The notes beneath the pieces were generated by a model. It was given only the letters and a program-made list of their open reading frames with translations, was not told the DNA's origin and made no database searches. This document shows, piece after piece, positions 1-9,301 of a DNA stretch of 27,678 bases. A program made the translations under genes and the position numbers. Position 1 is the first letter of the stretch. Every line of letters starts with the position of its first letter. Origin of the DNA: Vitrella brassicaformis CCMP3155 (taxonomy: Eukaryota; Protista; Chromerida); NCBI GenBank assembly GCA_001179505.1, contig CDMY01000719.1, forward strand, positions 1 to 27,678. Direction: 5' to 3'.

Positions 1-33
1 GCTCTCGCTTGTCTATCGCCCTCGCGCGTGCGA

Positions 34-3000
34 CTAGCTTCTGTCTGCGTGGGGGAGGGAGGGGAGGGTTTGCGGGACTGGGGTGTGCTGATGGGGCGGG
101 GATTGATCCCTCCTCCCCTTGAGCCTGTTTGACTCTGCGTGCTGATGGGACTGTATTTGTATGAGTATCACGGACACACAGACGAGTGTTACGGTTAATG
201 ACAGTTTCTCCCTGAAAAAAAAAAAATCTGCTCACTTCATGACTCAAACATCTATCTGTATCCCCACTTCTGTCTCTCCTTACATTTCCATTGTGGCGCT
301 CATGACGTTGAGAATCAAGATAATTACCAATGTCGTCCAACAATATGCCATCCAAAACGAGACAGTGAACAGAAGATAGGCAAGATAGGCACAATCGAAC
401 TGAACATAGAAAGAAAAGTCGGGCAAACGAAGACGTATGCTTAGTACAACTCCTCTTCCTTACGCAGCCGGACGTATCAACAGCCTCTATAAGCACCTCG
501 GTGCCAAATACAGTCCAGCCAGGGAAGAGGAAAAGGAACAAGATGCGTGTCAATTTGCCGGAGGTCCAAAACGGCGAGCCGAGCACCCCGATGCAGTGCA
601 AGAGATGCGAAACGAAGACGAAGACCTCTGTAGCAATGAGCCATAGCTGAAGAGGCCGACAGCCTGTCCATGCGTTCAAGGGGCCCGAAAGAAATGGTAA
701 TGATGGAGAAACTGAAGGATGGTATGGAGCTTACCTACCGAGGTATCCCAATCTTCATACATCTTGGTTGATGAGAAGAACAAGAAGAGAAGAAATATAG
801 GCGTCAGCACCGTCATGAACATCCTGCATTCATGCATGCTTTCACCTCGTCACCGCCAATGGCTCATTCATTTGAATACAGCATACCACATCGTCTCTAG
901 GTCCCTTTTGGAGACGTTGGATGCCAACTGCCTAGCAAACTTCGGCGTTTTCGGGCCTTGTTACTCTGATCAGCCTGAAATAGCACTAGCTACGGAGACG
1001 CATCCAGGTGACCTTCAATGTACAGGGACGATAGAGAATAATATCATAGCTTAATTGAATAGCGCACCCAACGGCCCCCGAAGGCAAGGCTCCCCTCTAT
1101 GTGCGTAGGGTCCACCGGGGAAAGCTCTCCCCTACTCGAAGGATGACAGCAGAACGAATGTGACTGTCAGAATAGGTGGGAGAGGGTCGGTGAGAATGGT
1201 GAAGAGAGGATCAGCCGGGCGGTCAGTCCCGGATAAAGTACTAAGTCAATGTGACTCAAGGTTTGTGGATTGTTGGGGCAAAGTCCATGCATGGCATGTA
1301 GCATAGATCAGTCCATCCTGTCTGACGTCCTGTCCGCCATGGCCTGTCTCATGGACACGGACAACATCGAAAGAATCACCACAGCCGTCCTGTCTCACAG
1401 ATCAGTGGATCGTCGATCTACGGTGGACCGACTTGCACTTCTGACACCCCCTCTCAAGTCGGTACAGAGATAGGGCATCAGTCCGCGCAAAACTATCACT
1501 TGACCAAAACGCTGCGCGAGTGAGGTCTTCGCCACCACAAGAGATCTGCACAAGGAGCAGCCCTCCTCAAGAAGAGAGACCAGAAAGTGACGTGTCCAAG
1601 GCCATCAGAGGGGCGCAAGGACAAGAGAAGCATAGTGAAGCCGCAGATCCAGACAGCGGACATTACCATCAAAGATAGAGATAGACAAGCGAAGGAGTGC
1701 TCCTGTGCAACCTCAAGGAAGTGGCCAAAACCACAAGAGCAATGCAAGCACTTCACAAACATAATTCATGACACGTTCTGCCTGCCTGTGATCTTCTCAC
1801 TCAGGTACTCGTGTGCCTCTCTGCCCAACCCCTCAGTCAGTATGTCAGCAACATTCTCAGATGACGGTACGTAGCGCACAGACACAACGCCTGACTGAAC
1901 CAGATCACGTAGATAGTGGTAACGTACATCGATGTGTTTGGTTCTCTGGCTGACTATCGGGTTGTGTGAGCTCAGAATGGCACTTCCACTGTTAGCATGC
2001 AAGACTGCACTGCCAAATCGACTACCGAACAGCCTCACTTCCTTCACAAAATCAGCCAGGTAGACGAGGGCAGTGGCACACTCACACATTTGTACATATT
2101 CTGCCTCGACAGAAGATAGAGTGACGATTGGCTGTGTTTTGGCACTCCACAGGACAGGGCCTCCACACAGGAAAACAACGTGACCCCCACTGGACTTCCC
2201 ATCCTCGCTATCTGCCCATGATGAATCAGAGAACGCACACAGATCCAACACACTGCCTGACTGACATGCATTGAACTCTATCCCTCTTTCCTTTGTCGCA
2301 CTCAGGTATCGCAATGCACGCTTGGCTGCTATCCAATGGCTCGCTCCTGGGTTGTGGGCGTGCTTGGCCAGCTCCTTGACGGCGAATGCGATGTCCGGTC
2401 GACACGTGACAGAGCAGAACATGAGGGATCCCACAAGTTGTCGATAGGGAATCTTGCTCATCTTCTTCTTCTCGTCCTCGGTCTGCGGTGCCATATCGTT
2501 GGTCAGTCGCACACCAGACGCACACGGGAATGGTGTTGGGTTGGCTTGGTCCATGTTGTACTTGCTGATCATCTTATCGATGTATTGTGGTTGTGTGATG
2601 GTCAGGTGTCGTCGTGGTCGGTCTCGGGTGATCTTGAGTGCCAGGAAGACATCAGCCTCGCTCAAATCCTTTGTCGCGAAGACTGTCGACAGCTGTGATT
2701 TGAACCAGGTAACCCCCTCTTCGCGGCTGGCGATAAGGATATCGTCGACGAACACAGACAACATGATTCCTTTGTTGTCGTGCAGGTACACACAGGGCTC
2801 CTTGGGATGACGGCGGAAGCCGAGATGCAGTAGTTGGTTGTGGAGGGTGATGTTCCACGCACGTGGGGCCTCTTTGAGTCCATAAAGGGCCTTCCGGAGG
2901 CGGACAATATATCCCGGGCGCCCGTATCCAGGTGGACACTCTATGAACACTGGCTTGTCGAGCGGCGCGTTGAGAAATGCTGTGTTGACATCCATTTGGT

Positions 3001-6000
3001 GAATCTCCACGTCGAGTTGGTTGGCGATGGCCAAGACTGCTCGCATGACGTGGTAAGAGGGCGTCGGGGCGAACACATCATCTACTTGGTTCTTGTCTTG
3101 CTCGAATCCGCGGGCGACGATGCGGGCCTTATACTTGTTAGGCTTCAGGGCATACACCCATCGACAGGATATCGGCCGACTGGTCGCTTGAGAGCGGGGC
3201 ACATACTCGAACACACCCAGGTCAGTGACCGATTCCATCTCCCGATCCATCGCATCCTGCCAGTGGCAGGCGTCGAATGCATTGATTGCTCGCTGGTAGG
3301 TCTTCGGCATCTTGGATGTGAAGAGCTGTGCCATCGAAAGTGGCTGGCGAGTTTCTTGTGATGACGGTGGCCTCGCAAGTGCTGCTGGTGCGTCGGTGTC
3401 GACGATCAGGCTTGGCATCGTGTCGTCCACATCGTCAGCAACACACAGTCGCTCGATGACGGCAAAGATGTGGTCTTCGTACAGCCACCGAGGGATGAGG
3501 CGGTTTCGACCTGATCTTCGCTACTTGGCGTTGTCGTCATCTGCCCTCTCTTCCTCTCGAATGACTCGGTAGTCGTCAACGGCACCTCCATCGGTATCGG
3601 CGACGGCTCCTTCCCCATTTTAGGCATCTAAAGCGGTCGGCGGTAGGGCTGGTGCTGCTGGCGGTCCTTCGAGCGGTGGAAAGCTGTCAGGCTCTTGATC
3701 TTGGTCTTCTTCGTGTTGGTCGACACGCTCATGGTCTTGATGCTCCCGATGTCGGTCATCTTTGGGTTGCTGGGCATGAGGGTGGTCTTGATGGTGGTCG
3801 ATCTGCTCGTCAGGTGAGATGAACGTCTGGGGATACACTAAATCAATCCCTAGTGGTCCCCTTGGTTGCTTCTCCTTTGCAGGGAACATGTGCTCGTCCA
3901 CTTCGACGTCTCGTGAGATGACGAATTGACGATTATCAGGCAAGCACACCACATAGCCATCCTTCGTGTTGGGGTCGAAGCCGATGAGGATGCCCAACTT
4001 GGCCCGTAGCTCCAGCTTGCCCCTCTGGTCCTTTCGCTGATGTACGTACGCTCTTGCGCCGAATATGTGGATATGCTTGATGCATGGCGGATAATCCTAG
4101 AAGAGCTCAAATAGCGTCGTCTCTCCTGGATTTGTCTTGGTTGGCATGCGATTTTTGATGTAGGTGGCGGTCTTCGCGGCAAAACACCAAAGATGGGGGA
4201 AGGCCGGATTGAAAGAGTGCTGCACGGGTCAGTTGACACACCACACCAATCGTTCGCTCTGCCACGCCGTTCTGTGACTGATGGTGAGGTAGGCTCTGTT
4301 CTTGGCGTATCTAGTGCCGCTCGCAGAGTGCCTTCTATTCGCCGGCGACGAGTTCAACTCCTCCATCGGTCCTCACTGCCTTGGGCATGCGAACAGTCGT
4401 GCAGTAGTGCATAAATGCCTTCGGTGCGGTGGACCTTTTCTTGAGGAAGTAGGCCTGCACATAACGGCTGTAGTCGTTCACCATGACTATCAGGTACTTG
4501 AATCCTCTCTCGCTGAGTTGCTTGATCTACGCCAGGTCGACGTGCACCAGACCACTAGGCGATGAATGGCGGAATGCATTGCCCAGGTATGGACGAATCT
4601 TCATCTTAGCTTGGACACACACCTCGCACTTGTGCTGCTCTCCTTCATCCTTCTTGCCTTTCTTGACAACAGGTGCGTTGCGGCAGACCTCAGGAAGTCG
4701 GTCGACGGCTGCGTCGTGGTAGTGGAGGAAGCGATGATGGGCAAGTTCCTCACTGGTGACGTCGGCCACCATTGCTCCTGTTTGCTCGCCACCTTCATCA
4801 GCAGGTAAACAGTGAAATACGCCATCACCACCACGCGGGTCGATGATGCTTGCTGTTGCTGTTGGTGTCTTGTGCTCTATCGCCGGTAGGGCACGTGGCT
4901 GTGAGTAGATGGGGCAGTCGTTGGCATCCCTGTAGATGTCCAGGTATCAGAAACGACCACGTCTGACAAGCGGGTAGCGGTCTCCTCTCCTTGTTGCGGC
5001 CATGTGAGCTGCACAGGGGCCAATGACAAACTCGATGCAATATTGATCCACCAGGTGAGCGACGAGAAGAGGTCGAACTTCAGATCAGGCACATACAGCA
5101 CACCATCCACACACACGGTCTTCTTGCCGTTGTTGACCTCTTTGCAGGTGTACTTGATGCGGCCGACTCCTCTGGCTGGTACAGATGTGCCATCGGCCAT
5201 GACGGTCTTGATGTGTCGGTCGAGTGGCTTGATTTCGTCGAAGAGAAACTGCTGGTGGCAGCATGTCTTGCCGGCTCCTGAATCGATCATCATGGAGGTA
5301 GGTCTCACAGACACACCACTGACGTTGACCACCTCTTCCTCGCACTCAACGGCCGTAACGGTCCCACCATTTCCATGTCGGTTGCTCTCTGCTCGCAGGT
5401 GTCGTCGATCTGATCACACCCGTCGAGTTGATTCGTGTGGACACGCCGATTGCGGTTGTTCGTGCCGTTCGTGCGCGTCGTATTCATGATGACATCTCCG
5501 TCCTTGTCGTGACGGACGATGGGCTGCTGCTGGCGTCCACCGTTGCCCCCTTGCTCCATCGCCACTTGGGTAGGCGCGGAAAGGCGCCCCTGATGAGTTC
5601 CACTGATTGCCGTTCCTTCTGTTATTGTTGTTGTGGTTGTTGCCGTAGGTCTGGCCGTTGCCGTTTGGTTGGCGTCGCCACTCGTAGCGGTTGTCACGGT
5701 TGTCTCGGTAAGGCCGTTCGTTGCTCTTGTTGCCTCCTTGATACGTGTCAGGTCGATTGCCGTTATGTGGCTGATCTTGTTGGCGTCCGTTTTGGTTGCC
5801 CTTCTGTCGAATGCGGTCACGCTGCTGGCTCATCCTTCTCGCATGCCGCATGCGGTCGTTGGCATTGCGGAGGGCTTCCTCGAATTGCTCCCATGTGAGG
5901 TCGTTGAAGCGGTAGTCCAAGGAGCTCTTGAAGCGCTCGAATCGAGGAGGTAGGGCATTGACCATGACGGCTATCTTGGTGTTGTCAGTTGGTTTCTCTC

Positions 6001-7265
6001 CCATGTCGCTCAAGTGTTTCGCCAGGAAGTTGAAGTCGGTGAGAGCATCGTCGATGTCGTCCTTCTCCATCTGGTACTGGAAGTAGTTGCAGAGGATCTC
6101 ATGCCGACAGACGACTCGCTCAGGTATGCACCACTTGCGCAGCTCCCAATAGGCTCGTGCACCATTCTCGCCATACTTGTCGAATGACTCCTGGATGATC
6201 CGTTTCGCCTTGCCTTCTGTGTGCAGGACGAGGAAGCCGAAGAGCTGTCGCAGCACACTCCTCTCCTTCGTTCGCTGCTCGTCAAGGTCTCCATCCTCAT
6301 TCGGGACAGGTAACCGAGGAATGTCTTCTTCCTTCTCAGGCATCAGACGCTATGTGGGCATCTCCTTGGCCAGGAGGAAGGCTCTTGAGGGTGAATTTCC
6401 ACTCACGCCAGTCGTCTATGTCTCCATTGAAGGTACGGATGACGGTCTTGGGGTCGAATGCAAAGATGGGCTTCTGCGCTATTGCTGCTGCTCTTCTTGC
6501 TGCTCAGGTCGACCGATCAGGATCGTCACACTGGCTGCTGCTGAAGAGGCGCTTGACGCTGAAGAAGTCTTTCGGGGCTGATAGCACCGAGAGAACGCGG
6601 ATCGATAGACCGGTTAGGATCTATCAGCTGCCGACAAACAGACGATAGACAGGCTGCTGCACAGACAGACTGCCAAGAGGCGGATGATAGACAGGCCTGT
6701 TAGGATTTGCCCAATTGCCGATCAGGCGGAAAAGACAAACCAAGTTGCTGCGCCCATGTCAGAATAGGTGGGAGAGGGTCGGTGAGAATGGTGAAGAGAG
6801 GATCAGCCGGACGGTCAGTCCCCGATAAAGGATTAAGTCAATGTGACTTAAGGTTTGTGGATTGTTGGGGCAAAGTCCATGCATGGCATGTAGCATAGAT
6901 CAGTCCATCCTGTCTGACGTTCTGTCCGCCATGGCCTGTCTCATGGACACGGACAACATCGAAAGAATCACCACAGCCGTCCCGTCTCACAGATCAGTGG
7001 ATCGTCGATCTATGGTGGACCGACTTGCACTTCTGACAGTATGAAGCAGGAAGGAAGCAGAAAAGCAGGCACCATACTTTGACGGCACCGGCCCTCACCC
7101 ATGCCACATACAGTGTACATACGTACGTTCAGCGAGGATATTTTCCCTGGTGAGGTCGTCATCTACTCTATGGCTGGTGTAGTAGCGCTTGAGGTCGACG
7201 GATGTGCCGGGCTGCGAGGGCATGGGATGGTGAAGAATCACCGGCTTATGCGGAAGCGCGTACAT
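34..7265 (-). CDS. Multi-exon host gene encoding a ~4-TM membrane protein (about 270 aa); TM block resembles the C-x-PL-x-x-WL...W-x-x-x-GT region of membrane RING-H2 E3 ligases, but no RING is seen
   Basis: Manually spliced exons on the minus strand: 7265-7123, 1131-1073 (tentative), 1012-994 (tentative), 931-887, 823-735, 663-464, 399-284 and 211-34. Five consecutive GT-AG introns of 62-72 nt (932-993, 824-886, 664-734, 400-463, 212-283) all keep the frame. Product includes ETMWMFMTVLTPIFLLFLFFSSTKMYEDWDTSVGCRPLQLWLIATEVFVFVSHLLHCIGVLGSPFWTSGKLTRILFLFLFPGWTVFGTEVLIEAVDTSGCFDCAYLAYLLFTVSFWMAYCWTTLVIILILNVM. The 5' exon and the last exon are less certain. The ORF track misses this gene. Confidence 0.75.
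1165..1446 (-). repeat. 3' LTR of the copia element
   Basis: 282 bp with TG...CA ends and an 8-bp terminal inverted repeat. I count 8 substitutions against 6757-7038 (about 97% identity). Confidence 0.95.
1447..1459 (-). promoter_or_regulatory. Polypurine tract (plus-strand primer)
   Basis: ACTTGAGAGGGGG on the minus strand, directly abutting the 3' LTR; a typical copia PPT. Confidence 0.9.
1766..3430 (-). CDS. Copia reverse transcriptase-RNase H (open 554-aa part of pol)
   Basis: Motifs CRWVY, KARIVARGFEQ, QMDVNTAFLN, ALYGLKEAPRAW, VFVDDILI, YRQLVGSL, RPDIAFAV, AFSDSSWA, SSVEAEY, RTKHIDVRYH and ENVADILT. The RNase H third acidic motif reads HANSGSAI instead of the usual xDNxSAI, so it is probably damaged. 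Confidence 0.93.
   Translation of the reverse strand: MDDTMPSLIVDTDAPAALARPPSSQETRQPLSMAQLFTSKMPKTYQRAINAFDACHWQDAMDREMESVTDLGVFEYVPRSQATSRPISCRWVYALKPNKYKARIVARGFEQDKNQVDDVFAPTPSYHVMRAVLAIANQLDVEIHQMDVNTAFLNAPLDKPVFIECPPGYGRPGYIVRLRKALYGLKEAPRAWNITLHNQLLHLGFRRHPKEPCVYLHDNKGIMLSVFVDDILIASREEGVTWFKSQLSTVFATKDLSEADVFLALKITRDRPRRHLTITQPQYIDKMISKYNMDQANPTPFPCASGVRLTNDMAPQTEDEKKKMSKIPYRQLVGSLMFCSVTCRPDIAFAVKELAKHAHNPGASHWIAAKRALRYLSATKERGIEFNACQSGSVLDLCAFSDSSWADSEDGKSSGGHVVFLCGGPVLWSAKTQPIVTLSSVEAEYVQMCECATALVYLADFVKEVRLFGSRFGSAVLHANSGSAILSSHNPIVSQRTKHIDVRYHYLRDLVQSGVVSVRYVPSSENVADILTEGLGREAHEYLSEKITGRQNVS
3620..4772 (-). pseudogene. Copia integrase (HHCC finger plus rve core), disrupted
   Basis: HHRFLH...CEVCVQAK, LVHVDL, VRTDGGVE, QNGVAER, and HIFGARAYVH...GILIGF...YVV...VISRDV. 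There are four in-frame TAG codons and a frameshift near 4200. Confidence 0.9.
4800..5332 (-). pseudogene. Copia aspartic protease and linker, disrupted
   Basis: MIDSGAGKTCC...VMADG...ARGVG...VLYVPDLKFDLFS. A frameshift falls near 5040, then the frame continues GRF*YLD (TGA at 4947-4949) in frame with the integrase zinc finger. Confidence 0.88.
5414..6480 (-). pseudogene. Copia gag, disrupted
   Basis: The N-terminus reads IRTFNGDIDDWREWKF (6440-6385), followed by a frameshift and a TAG, then a UBN2-like core (W.ELRK...VNALPPRFERFKSSL). The C-terminus is N/Q/R-rich and I see no CCHC knuckle. Confidence 0.8.
6744..6756 (-). promoter_or_regulatory. Primer-binding site of the copia element
   Basis: TGGGCGCAGCAAC directly follows the 5' LTR on the minus strand. 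The same TGGGCGCAGC follows the related LTR at 16008-16017. The cognate tRNA is not identified. Confidence 0.75.
6757..7038 (-). repeat. 5' LTR of the copia element
   Basis: Near-identical to 1165-1446, with TG...CA ends. Confidence 0.95.
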
Positions 7266-7427
7266 ATGTTAGCTTTAAGGAAGCAGCAATAGGCACGGAA
7301 GCAGGATGTGAAACATGCTCACATACGCTTGTCGAAGCTCTTTCCCATCCCTGTACGTGCGTGGCATCCTCACATAGTGGATGGCGCGAGACAAAAAACT
7401 GTGCTGTGCTTGCCGTCACGTGTGTAG

Positions 7428-8490
7428 ACGAGGTCGTTCAGCCGTCGCTTCCTGCAATGCAACAGGACGATAACAACGGGGCCGCTCATCTGCAGGTCAG
7501 TCACCATCACCCTCAGGGTAGTCTCCGTCCATTCATTGACTGTTTTGCATCTGTGTTGTCTGTGTGTGATGCAGTCGACATGTGGCGATGATGCCCCTCG
7601 TCGGCTCCGAGAGGAGAAGCATCGCATCGACACACTCTACCATACCATAGAAACAGAAGAGAGTACAGCCGGTTGGGCCGTCCACTCAAGCAGCGAGTAG
7701 AGCACTGAACGTATGTGGTGATGCTTCTGTCGTGTCAGTTGACCGTTGAGAGTCCCGCCTTGACGGGCGGCGATGTGTGTATGGTGCTGGGCCACATGAC
7801 GCGGGGCGGCGACAGCCTGAAGGAGGCGGCCGACTATCTGAACGGCATAAGTTCCATTTCTCACGCACACGGCGGAGTGACAGAGGTACGGGCACACACA
7901 GACAAACAGTCCATGATGGACCTGGTGCACTCGGAGGGTTTCCTGCTGTGTGGGGATGCAGCAGGCGGTGTTCACGGAGGTGTTCAAGAAGCTGACCGAG
8001 GTGTGTCTGACCATCATGGAATTGGGCGAGGCCGACACCTGCGGCACCAGCGACATGATGCACCACATGCTCGACATGAGCGACCCTGAGGTGACCCACC
8101 CACCGACCCACCCACCCACCCATTCGCAGACCGACAGACCGCCCCACTGTGATGCCCTTTCTCTCTGTATGTGAGGTGCACTCGCTGGCCACTCAGCTGC
8201 ACACCACGCTGGCCCACACATTCGGCTACGCCCCCAACACCCCCCCACCCCTCACCAACACCACCACCACTACCACGACGATGACCCATCAACAGCAGCA
8301 GGGCAGCGCCACCCCGACGTACCAGGAGTACCATCTGTTCGACCACGACGACACCCCCAACCGCTCGCTCTCACTCGGCAGCCGCACTGTGGGCGGGCCC
8401 TTTACTCTGGGCGGCAGTGAGAGAGAGGGTGAGGGCGACCGACAGAATGGGGAGAGGGCGGGCAGCCAGAGAGACGGGAGTTTCTTGTGA
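7428..8490 (+). pseudogene. 5'-truncated copy of an unknown spliced gene (left arm)
   Basis: Exons 7428-7495, 7575-7658, 7739-7885 and 7962-8090 join in phase 0 across 76-80 nt introns, giving ...RRLREEKHRIDTLYHTIET / LTVESPALTGGDVCMVLGHMTRGGDSLKEAADYLNG... / QAVFTEVFKKLTEVCLTIMELGE... A probable last exon (about 8176-8490) has a poly-Thr tract. The donor at 7659 is GA rather than GT. Confidence 0.65.
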
Positions 8491-8995
8491 GGGGCGTGTG
8501 TTGTGCGCGTGCTGCCATCTCTCTGTCTGTATTGTGTGTGTATGCTCGTGGAGGGAAGAGAGGGAGCACGTGCTTGTGTGTCTAGACAGGTCAAGTAGTA
8601 TGCAATAAATGTCTCTCACTTTGCATACATGTCTGCGCACGCCTGTAGTTGGATGGTGTATGCCTCGAATTCCTCTCTGTGTGCACACGCCTGCGCACGC
8701 CTATCGTTGGATGGTAGTAAATGCATGTCTGCCTGTGTGGATGGATCGTGTGCATGTGCGTGTGTGTGTGGTATGACGTGACTAATGCGCAATTGCGTAG
8801 TGCACTGCCTTAGTATCCAAGAAGAGGCGTGAGTGAGGCCAGACAGAAAGACAGGTGGCGCGTTGTCGTCACGACGTTCGTTCGTACCGGGAATGAGATC
8901 AGATAGCCATGCTGGCTGGAACTGGATGCCATGCATGAGCATGCATGAAAGGGAGGGCTCTGCACAACTGCCGTCGTGTGTGCCCAAGACGACGC

Positions 8996-9013
8996 ACAGA
9001 GAGAGAGAGAGAG
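8996..9013. repeat. (GA)n microsatellite
   Basis: Direct read; mirrored as a slightly longer (CT)n at about 13533-13553 in the right arm. Confidence 0.85.
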
Positions 9014-9277
9014 AGGAAGGACTGTATACTGTTCTCGCTACAACCGATTATATCTGTGTGTGCCTGTTCATTTTTTTCTTCGCCGGCTCCCTCCACACAC
9101 TCGATTGTGCTTGTGGAGGAGAGGAACCGTGACGGGCGCGCTGCGATGGAACGACAGGCTGTGTGATTTGGACAGACGTGAACGTCGAACGGAGTTGTGA
9201 CTAGTCTCATTGATGCCTTTGTGTGTGGTGTTGGATGCCGTCTGTGGTCTGCATGGCCTCATGTGGCGTCACTGTGA

Positions 9278-9301
9278 CCCGCTCAGTGCGCACTGAGCGG
9301 G
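9278..9301. other. Perfect 24-bp palindrome
   Basis: CCCGCTCAGTGCGCACTGAGCGGG is its own reverse complement; the second copy is at 13251-13274. Confidence 0.9.

Larger units (their letters stand above)
1165..7038 (-). mobile_element. Ty1/copia LTR retrotransposon, full length but decayed
   Basis: Two 282-bp direct LTRs bounded by TGTCAGAA...TTCTGACA. A PBS lies next to the 5' LTR and a PPT next to the 3' LTR. Domain order gag-protease-integrase-RT-RNaseH is the copia order. Confidence 0.96.

Noticed and set aside
51-68. G-quadruplex motifs (also (GGGT)n at 14136-14164 and G15 at 23262)
   Set aside because: These are simple repeats common in this sequence type, with no positional evidence of function.
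1044-1046. In-frame TGA in the host membrane gene (…RYSIKL*YYSLSS…) as evidence for nuclear UGA=Trp
   Set aside because: It lies in an AT-rich 60-nt GT...AG segment (1072-1013) matching the gene's intron size class, whose removal keeps the frame. It is more simply intronic; RNA-seq would settle it.
719-1054. Plus-strand ORFs at 161-379, 437-646 and 719-1054
   Set aside because: They are antisense to the better-supported spliced minus-strand gene.
4947-4949. TGA at an aromatic position in copia (GRF*YLD) as recoding evidence
   Set aside because: The same element has at least five TAG lesions and frameshifts, so ordinary decay explains it.
1165-7038. RIP-like CpA>TpA hypermutation (many TAG stops in copia)
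   Set aside because: The LTR-LTR differences fall in mixed contexts (CpG, CpC, CpT, CpA and transversions), so no consistent signature is seen.
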